Shown here piece by piece: positions 12,001 through 15,641 of a stretch of DNA of 64,000 nucleotides. The translations under genes and the position numbers were made by a program. The stretch is taken from the NCBI GenBank assembly GCA_965217775.1, contig CBDCJH010000002.1:2528001-2592000 (forward strand). Direction: 5' to 3'. A model generated the notes under the pieces. That model had not been told where the DNA came from, did no database searches, and saw only the letters and a list, made by a program, of their open reading frames with translations. Position 1 is the stretch's first letter. Every line of letters starts with the position of its first letter. Origin of the DNA: Acidobacteriota bacterium. GTDB lineage: Bacteria; Acidobacteriota; UBA6911; RPQK01; JAJDTT01.

Positions 12001-15000
12001 GACTGCGCTCAGGCCGTCGGGATCGATCGCGCGCAACCTCACCACGACGCGGCCGGGCGCCCCCGGGGTGATCGTCACCTGTGCGTTGCTTCGCGTGAGG
12101 GTCAGCCGGTCGGGGTCGCTCGACATCGCCTCATAGGTCAGCGTGTCGTCGTCCGGATCGTCGAAGACGTCCTCCAGATCGATGTCCACTGCATCGCCAC
12201 CCAGGGTGAATGTCCGGTCGGATTCGGCGTTCTCCACGGTCGGCGCCCGATTGCGGTCCGCCACTGCGGCATCGACGGCATCCACGGCGCCAGGAGCCAT
12301 CACGATGCCGGCTCCGGAATCGCGATCGACGCCGGTCGCCTCGATGTCCAGGACCGCGGTCCCGGTCGTCATTCCCGTACGGAGCTCCGCGAGCGTGACT
12401 TGGTTGGGACCACCGGCCGCCTCCAGCATCAACGCCGCGATGGCCGCCGCGTGCGGCGCCGCGGATGAAGTGCCGCAGAACGTCGAGAAGCCGGGCGTCG
12501 CCGTCGTCACGCACGTCGCAGCGGCGAGATCCGGCTTCTCCAGCAGTTGCCCGCCGGTCGAGGAGAAATTGCCGGCCGTGATCGCAGTGCCGTCCGGTTG
12601 GAAGAAGATCCGGCGCGGGCCGTCCGAATTTGCTCTCCGGACGGACTCATTCCCGTTGAAGACGCCGCCGGTCCCAGCAGCCGTGCGTACGTCGACCATC
12701 GCCACACCGATTGCGTTCTCCACCGCCGGATGCCCGTACATGTTACCAGCGGTAGCGATCGTCAACCGGCCGCCGAAGACTTGTACTCGCAGGTAGCGAT
12801 CCACGCCGGAGACCCTGACCACGACCACGCTGCGGCCAGACAAATGAACGTGGGGAATGAACTCGATCGGGTCCTGCGTTCCGTCCTGAGTATCGGTTGA
12901 GCTCTCGATTACGTCGCCGTCTTTATTGATCACGAACAGGTCGTAATCGTTCGTTGACACACCCAGCGGGTCGGCCCATTGAAGGACAATGGAGCCGTCC
13001 CCATAGTCGCTCAACGCGTTCGCTTCCACGCCACCGCCGAAGTCATGCCGGGCGCCGACTGTCTCACCGTCCACGACCAGCGTGCTTCCTGCGGCGTAGT
13101 CCCCCTCCCAGACGCTACTCGTGCCATTGGTCAGGTTGCCGTCGTTGCCGCCCGCCGAGAAGAAGAAACACCCGTCAGCGACCGCCGCATTGACTCCTTT
13201 CGCTATGATGCCGTCCTGAAAAACGGCTTCCGTGGAGTATCCGATGTCGTCGACGATGACGTTCGCACCGGCCTCGCAGAGCGCCTCGATGTTCTCCGCC
13301 ATCCGGGCCTCGCCTCCATAGCCTGTCGCGAAATACAATTCTGCTCCGGGCGCGAGGTCGTGGACGATCTCGAGCAGCGCCGTCCCCTCGTCCCCCTCTC
13401 CCTCCTCTCCCGGCAGCACCGTTACCCGGGCGGGTACGTCACCCGATGCCTGCCGGTCGGCGAGCGACCGGACACCGTCCGAGATCACGCCGATCCCGAT
13501 TCCAGTACCGTCGACCTTGTGAGTGCTGCGTGCCGAGTCCGCCCGATGGGCGACGTCACCTTCCGTGGTGTCGTCCTTTTTAGTGACCGGGAAATCCGCG
13601 GTCCGGGTCCGGGAGGCGGGAGAGAGTCTCGCGGCTTGGCCGCGTGTCCTGGCCTTGTCGGCGGGCCGGATGGTTCGGATCTCGTCCAGTGCGGCGAGCA
13701 TCACCACTGCGCGGAGCGGGATTTGCGCCCGGATGGCCTGGTACTTCGGAACGCTGCTGATGACCGTGCCGCCCAGCTCCCGGATCCGGATCAGGACGGC
13801 CGGCGTGACCTCGGCCCGGATGTCCACCATCACCCGTTCATCCGTGGCTTGCGGGTCCGTCCCTTCGAGACGGCCGGCCGCTGGCGGCTTCTGCCGCGGT
13901 GTCCGGCGGGCATCCAGAAGCTGCGAACTCACCTTCCGCTCGGCCGGCGTCCGGCGGACCTTGGCCGATAGCAGCGACTGGATCTGCCGCACGGCCCTCG
14001 CCGGCAGCCGGCCGCCGGCCGGCTTCGTCTCCTCGCCGGTCCGGTTCGTCATCGCCGCCGCATCGCTGTCCAAGAGAGCAGGCTTGACGCCGTCCACCCT
14101 CTGGCCGGCTTGGTCCGGCAGTCCCGCATGGTCCAGCTCTGCGGCATTGTCCGAACCGCCCTCGATTGCTCCGTTGTCCACGGAAAGGCTGTCCGCCTCG
14201 ACACTCAACCCGTCGGTGTCTTCATCGTCCTCGGCTACGGTGTAGGAGAACACCAGCGCCGTCGTGCCGGCGCCGCCAGTGTAGCTCGCGCTCCGGGTGA
14301 GGCTCCCCACCGTCAGCCCCAACTGCGGCGTCCCGGCCACGGTCACCGGTTCGCTGAAGGTCACCGTCACCTCGATCGCGTCCCCGATCCCGTAGGTCTC
14401 CCGGCCCTCCGGAGGATTCGAGCTGATCTCGATCTTTCGCACCGCCGGACCTGTCGCCCCGCTCAACGGCATAGGCTCGGGCTCGAGTCCTCCTCCTGTG
14501 ACTGCCGCGCGGAGTTCTTCCAGCGAGGTGTTGTGGACTCCACCGGCCGACTCCAGGGTCAGGGCCACCATCGCCGCCACCTGCGGAGGGGGCGCCGAGC
14601 TGACACAGAAGGTCGCGAAATCCGGATTGGCCGTAGTCACGCACGTCGCCCCGGAGAGGCCGGCGGTCGTCCCTGCCGAATCCCCGGTGTTCGATAGATC
14701 GTCCGCCAGCGGCGGCAATCGGTCCGGAGCGGTTTCGCCTTCTCTGACCCTGGAATGGACCGGGTTGCCCCGAGCAGAGACGTAGACGCAACCGTTGCGG
14801 ACCGCCGCGTGGACCGCCTGGGCCATGAGGCCGCCCTGATAGATCGTCTCCTGATGGTCGAAGAGGTCGTCGACGATGACGTCCGCCCCCGCCCGGCAGA
14901 GCGCCTCGAGGTTGGCCGCGAACCGCGCCGGCCCGCCCCGGCCGGTCGCGAAGTAGAGCTCGCCGCCCGGGGCCAGGTCGTGGAGGATCGAAAGGGTCGC

Positions 15001-15312
15001 GGTCCCGTCGTCGCCTTCTCCCGCCTGGCCCGGCAGCACCGTCACCCGATCCCGAAGATCGCCCGCTGCCTCACCGGTGATCAGCGTCGCCACACCGCTG
15101 GAGAGCACGCCGATCCCGACGCCCGTGCCGTCGACACCCTGACTCCGGCGCATCGCTGTGCCTGGCCGGGCGGCCTGCTTCTGTATTCCACCTCCAGCGG
15201 CGACAGCCGGCTGCTGGGCCCGGATCGGCTCGATCAACAGAGAGATCGCCGCCAACACCCCGAATACACCAAGGGCCCATGACGAGTTTCCTGACCAGCG
15301 TGACCGCCTCAT
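1..15312 (-). CDS. G1: giant secreted multidomain protein (>5100 aa, 3'-partial): signal peptide, degenerate subtilase, Ig-like unit, S8/S53-like subtilase, 3x (cadherin-like + GLUG beta-helix + Fn3-like), 8 Ig-like/SwmB-like units, Calx-beta-like, poly-Pro, Fn3, conserved C-terminal domains
   Basis: Absent from the ORF track because the stop lies outside the window. ATG at 15312 (after CCAGGATT) reads MRRSRWSGNSSWALGVFGVLAAISLLIEPIRAQQP, homologous to the G2/G3 N-termini. Codon 3..1 (TTG in GGELL) is in the same frame. Spot translations (VDGTGIGIGVISDG near 13470-13515, FCGTSSAAPH near 12450-12480, GLUG region 11221-11640) are open and colinear with G2/G3. Confidence 0.9.
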   Translation of the reverse strand, partial: MRRSRWSGNSSWALGVFGVLAAISLLIEPIRAQQPAVAAGGGIQKQAARPGTAMRRSQGVDGTGVGIGVLSSGVATLITGEAAGDLRDRVTVLPGQAGEGDDGTATLSILHDLAPGGELYFATGRGGPARFAANLEALCRAGADVIVDDLFDHQETIYQGGLMAQAVHAAVRNGCVYVSARGNPVHSRVREGETAPDRLPPLADDLSNTGDSAGTTAGLSGATCVTTANPDFATFCVSSAPPPQVAAMVALTLESAGGVHNTSLEELRAAVTGGGLEPEPMPLSGATGPAVRKIEISSNPPEGRETYGIGDAIEVTVTFSEPVTVAGTPQLGLTVGSLTRSASYTGGAGTTALVFSYTVAEDDEDTDGLSVEADSLSVDNGAIEGGSDNAAELDHAGLPDQAGQRVDGVKPALLDSDAAAMTNRTGEETKPAGGRLPARAVRQIQSLLSAKVRRTPAERKVSSQLLDARRTPRQKPPAAGRLEGTDPQATDERVMVDIRAEVTPAVLIRIRELGGTVISSVPKYQAIRAQIPLRAVVMLAALDEIRTIRPADKARTRGQAARLSPASRTRTADFPVTKKDDTTEGDVAHRADSARSTHKVDGTGIGIGVISDGVRSLADRQASGDVPARVTVLPGEEGEGDEGTALLEIVHDLAPGAELYFATGYGGEARMAENIEALCEAGANVIVDDIGYSTEAVFQDGIIAKGVNAAVADGCFFFSAGGNDGNLTNGTSSVWEGDYAAGSTLVVDGETVGARHDFGGGVEANALSDYGDGSIVLQWADPLGVSTNDYDLFVINKDGDVIESSTDTQDGTQDPIEFIPHVHLSGRSVVVVRVSGVDRYLRVQVFGGRLTIATAGNMYGHPAVENAIGVAMVDVRTAAGTGGVFNGNESVRRANSDGPRRIFFQPDGTAITAGNFSSTGGQLLEKPDLAAATCVTTATPGFSTFCGTSSAAPHAAAIAALMLEAAGGPNQVTLAELRTGMTTGTAVLDIEATGVDRDSGAGIVMAPGAVDAVDAAVADRNRAPTVENAESDRTFTLGGDAVDIDLEDVFDDPDDDTLTYEAMSSDPDRLTLTRSNAQVTITPGAPGRVVVRLRAIDPDGLSAVDSVSVTITAGSRDYDTDDDGLIEVGNLAQLDALRYDLNGDGQVDGATWMPYYTAYPMGALGMGCPPTDGCIGYELTANLDFDTDGDGNIDSDDTYWNEGKGWLSIGNSDDPFIVRFYGNGHSLTNLFINRPDEDEIGLFGQLGPVPGLFADEIHTDAGFDILDVGLIGVDISGRDKVGSLVGRADDLETRRSHASGRVAGRDRVGGLVGDSDSGVWESYAAVKVSGRNSVGGLIGSQATIKAANLLNHSRIGSCYATGDVSGANAIGGLVGSSGTSIWAAYATGNVSGTGSRQMGASECELGGGGVGGLVGNACYPGRYGGHIFASYATGMVSGSVGVGGLVGTTHSEVVLRGNYWDMEASGVRVGVGEDDSNENGVIDGTESHSIGLAGQTTAVLQAPTYYEGIYETWNLDVNLDGEPDAPWHFGTSSQYPALTADLNRNRSATWQEFGYQVRGGLTLTAAATEGQAQVALAWTQVSTSPWSPAPDVTYTLVRDDGTTEEAVEKGATALRYTDTDVTTGATYTYRVTALLDGGEAIRSAPVSVIVGEGNQPPVAVGILEDLFLRVGAGTGTVALSEAFRDPESDTLTYGASSSETAVASVTSSAAQLTITPVAGGRTAITVTATDSAGSNNSATQRFTVTVWPANAVDYDTDDDSLIEIGNLAQLDAVRHDLDGDGTPTARGKNSYERAFANAVEWMGCSLSVGCRGYELTVDLDFDTNGNGAADAADEYWNGGAGWVPIGGAGSTLDAQAYHVENPFTANFEGNGHTVSHLFIGTDTIFLVGLFGFAGSSSNIRNLGLIDADVSGPELAAGLVGLNRGKIRSSYVTGRVSSINNVGGLVGINSLFAEIRGSYATSHVSGDDDVGGLVGDNRGEIVASYATGRAAGNTDVGGLVGNNKSTGEISAGYATGTVSGGSNVDGLIGLFEGGSINASYWDKQTSGHATGVLPFGRTTAQLQSPRSYSGIYGSWNLDINGDSVNDDPWDFGTSSQYPALRADRNGDGDATWEEFGYQLRSGPNLTATPTENAGQSQVELEWTEVPLSSAWTPAPSLSYTVTRDDGATLETIAENLTAREYTDTDVAGETYVYQVAAVVNGGEAVRSATVSVTVVGNSRPVPVGTLPDRTLRVGDSAMTEVAGAFRDPEGDTITYGVSSSDPTIASVTVAGTRVTMVSVGAGQATITVTATDETGSNKSRTQRFTVTVLPTTTTDYDADDDGLIEISNPAQLDAVRHDLDGDGVPTTTGARSYARAFANGSDQLACGGLFGCVGYELSADPDFDTDNSGEADAGDTYWNGGAGWVPIGDSSDSFSAIFEGNGETLTNLFIDRSGNDVGLFGETTSSAVIRNLELVAVQVTGTDNVGGLVGSNGGAVSGCFATGKVTGDDDVGGLIGSNLNDGAVTVSYSTVQVTGDDRVGGLAGSNRGEVTAAYATGRVVGDSEAGGLIGRNSGDVNVSYATGLVSGRSTIGGLVGRNTGGGAISDSFWDIETSGRASGSYGQPQTTANLQTPTDYAGIYRNWNLDLDGDGMNDAPWDFGTSSQYPALSVDTNGVGGETWQEFGQQIRAGPALMATPALGRVTLIWSAVSVSGVTYNLYRTSGTTVRILSENTSSRAYVDTGVTAGATYVYQVAAVINGGEASRSARVSVDVPIPDTTGPTVSRLEITSDAGSDSTYAIRDVIEVTVTFSEDVFVTGTPQLTLRVGEQDRTANYDSVTDAEVLFRYRVVTGDVDTNGVSIAADSLSLNGGTLKDGSDNEADLDHRALGTQSRHKVDGIQPELAATRGAVVNGAALTLTYTETLDSASTPPSGAFFVSGGSSSRTVSDVALRGSAVDLTLSSAVAHWETGIRVSYTVPAGMGATPIQDRAGNDADGLSGAPVTNETPDRIPPTVTSVEITSDPPDSRDVYGIGEEIEVTVTFSETVTVTGTPRVTLKVGERDRSANYESVTGAVVVFAYTVATNDSDTDGVSIEADSLTGTIRDTAGNHAVLTHSTVAADTGQKVDGIKPVLASTDGAVANGTMLTLAYSEPLDTSSAPGNDAFTVTGGSETRAVTGVRVSGNSVELTLTPAVEHWETGLRVSYTVPTGASASPIQDTAGNDADRLINKSVTNNTGDAGGPTVEMVRITSNAGSDRTYAVEDLIEVTVTFDETVVVTGTPRLTLNVGGRNRTADYLSVTGAAVKFEYKVSRGDSDRDGVSIDADSLSRGGGTIRDGARNNAQLDHAAVAADSRHQVDGVPPVLATTDGAVVNGTTLTLAYSEPLRSSSRPATSVFTVTGGSETRTVTRVQVSGSAVLLTLNPAVTDIESGLRLSYQPGGNPIEDVVGNAADELNNRPVTNRTGDTTGPTVETVRITSNAGSDSTYAAGETIEVTVTFNETVVVTGTPRLTLNLGGRSRTANYQDVTGAAVRFEYQVVSGDSAAYGVSIDANRLSGGTIRDGARNNAVRNHAPVAADSRHQVDGVKPRLATSDGAVASGTTLTLAYGEPLDSSSVPVTDDFTVTGGSETRTVSGVRVSGSAVFLTVSSAVTDGERGLRVSYEPGSDPIQDTAGNDADRLSSKSVTNRTGDTTGPTVSTVRITSSAGSDRTYGVDETIEVTVTFDETVVVTVTPQLTLNVGGRSRTANFRSVKNQAVKFAYRVVPGDNDGDGVSIDADSLSRGAGTIRDGARNDATLDHAGVAADARHQVDGILPVLATTDGAVVNGTKLTLAYSEPLNSSSRPAASAFTVTGGSEARTVTRVQVSGSAVLLTLSPTVQDTESGLRLSYQPGGNPIEDPVGNAADELNNQPVTNHTGDTTGPTVETVRITSNAGSDSTYAAGETIEVTVTFSETVVVTGTPRLTLNVGGRNRTANYQDVTGAAVRFEYQVVSGDSAAYGVSIEANRLSGGTIRDGARNNAVRNHAPVAADSRHQVDGVKPTLATSDGAVVNGRTLTLAYGEPLDSSSVPATDDFTVTGGSETRTVTGVRVSGSAVFLTLSSAVADGESRLRVNYEPGSNPIQDTAGNDADRLSSKSVTNRTGDTTGPAVSRVRITSSAGSDRTYGVDEAIEVTVTFDETVVITGTPELTLNVGGGNRRAEYRSVSTRAVKFAYRVVTGDNDEDGVSLEENRLSRAGGRIRDGAGNDATLDYEAVAASSSHKVDAVAPVLALTDPAVVNGATLTLTYNEPLDTSSRPATSDFTVEGGNETRTVTRVQVSGSTVRLTVNPAAEYGETGIRVSYEPRSNPIQDPVGNDAEAFRDQFVDNRTPDTTAPSIEGIEISSNPGTDETYAVDDMISVTVRYDEPVTVDTIRGTPTLDLLVGTRRKRASASVGPDQPAVLFVYTVEKGDEDEDGVSVPRGSISLNGGKILDLADNPAARSYEAVEAQADHKVDASVPGLEGVTVHGSRVALTYDEALDEGSTPSRFDFAVTVAGDDRMVLQVRVSGNSVILTLTSRVTAGETVRVSYTPGLDPLQDEVGNTVEALTDQRADPPLVTIQAKQGSETVTEGDTVEFTLTRGPPTEAPLTVNLEVTETRSMIETSGDYAPPEEVEFRTGQETATLEVLTDDDDVAESTSRVTARLLPGDEYRLGPTSTRSARVTVQDNEVSAPPPPPPPPPPPPPPPPPPPPPPPPPPPPPPPPPPPPAATVPTAPLNLQAEAGDGEVTLTWKAPESDGRSALTGYQVRIDRAGDWTSIGSTDLTHTVAGLTNGRTYIFEVRAVNEVGQSPPSSPVEATPMAEEVILEFAHFGNGVSGDDVLITSDLVLVNVAENEIRPVIYFFDREGDLFEAESVVDVGEDLEIREDGGLAPRTEIASLGELTISTHGRGEVVTGSVRVVSDGPIGGVVRFDIPGIGVAGVGASEPTSDALFPARRQSGGIRTAAAIHNLGMEAVDVQCRLMKDGRVLEEGEIELSANGQDAQFLEELFTATDTTDFVGSVRCTVPAGESFTGVAVELDAGNRIFTTLPVVPIGPEATEDQETTLNFAHFANGTSGDGTLITSDLVLVNVAASTARPAIYFYDQGGELL
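1147..1254 (-). repeat. Poly-proline tract, 36 Pro codons (G1)
   Basis: 108 nt of CCN codons with mixed synonymous usage, between the Calx-beta-like and Fn3 domains. Confidence 0.95.
1640..7050 (-). repeat. Intragenic tandem array of 8 ~680-bp Ig-like + SwmB-like units (G1)
   Basis: IEVTVTF..V.VTGTP and AVVNG.TLTL.Y.E.L motifs recur, with unit starts near 7050, 6360, 5670, 4990, 4310, 3630, 2955 and 2280. Confidence 0.85.
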
Positions 15313-15357
15313 AATCCTGGGGTGAGGAAGAATCGGTGTCCTTACGGGGACTTCGAT

Positions 15358-15471
15358 AAAGAGCGGGAAGGGAGGGTCGCTCTCATCCGTCTATCTTTAG
15401 ACTGCCGCTCGGCAGGGTGCTCCGAGCTATGCACTGTCTCTCCACATGATGAGTTCCATGTAATAGACATT
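15358..15471 (-). ncRNA. Candidate structured 5' leader RNA, copy 1 (family unassigned)
   Basis: Closing helix GUCUAUU/GAUAGAC (15468..15389), inner hairpin ACAUG-GAACUCAU-CAUGU, CUGCC/GGCAG hairpin, and a downstream GAGAGCG/CGCUCUU hairpin. 17-nt and 23-nt blocks are identical to 61494-61614. Confidence 0.4.
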
Positions 15472-15477
15472 GGGTCG

Positions 15478-15563
15478 ATTATAAGGAGCAACCCGGACGA
15501 ATTTGGGGCCTAATAGTGAAATCTGAGTGATATTTTGGTCGGTATAGTGATACTATAGTGAAA
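15478..15563 (-). promoter_or_regulatory. Conserved promoter module 1: -10 TATAAT plus four direct repeats
   Basis: TATAAT at 15483-15478 on the minus strand. Plus-strand GTGAAA 15516, GTGATA 15527, GTGATA 15547, GTGAAA 15558. Geometry is identical in all four intergenic regions. Confidence 0.75.
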
Positions 15564-15570
15564 TGTTCCA

Positions 15571-15600
15571 CCCGGACCGCCCTCACCGGCGGTGACCGGG
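15571..15600 (-). terminator. GC-rich hairpin 3' of G2 without a U-tract (possible terminator, pause or stability element)
   Basis: CCCGG-UC-ACCGCC-GGUGAG-GGCGGU-CCGGG. Weaker versions sit at the same position after G3, G4 and G6. Confidence 0.25.
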
Positions 15601-15641
15601 GGATTCAGGGAGGGGATCGTCTTCCGACTACTCTCGGCAGG

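Noticed and set aside
424-14800. Many long Arg/His/Gly-rich plus-strand and alternative-frame ORFs here and across the window
   Set aside because: These are shadow ORFs of GC-rich coding DNA. The true frame in 1-15312 is the unlisted G1 ORF.
15389-15468. Assignment of the leader to SAM-I, glycine, c-di-GMP-II or hammerhead families
   Set aside because: Only short fragments match (CUCAUC/GAUGAG, GGAGAGAC, UGAUGA on the opposite strand). Core motifs such as AUCAAGAG and GCAACC, or GCCGAAG and CUCUCAGG, are missing, so it is left unassigned.
15484-15515. Sigma-54 promoter around TTGC(T) on the minus strand
   Set aside because: No GG at -24 with the required GG-N10-GC spacing, and TTGC is not conserved in all four copies.
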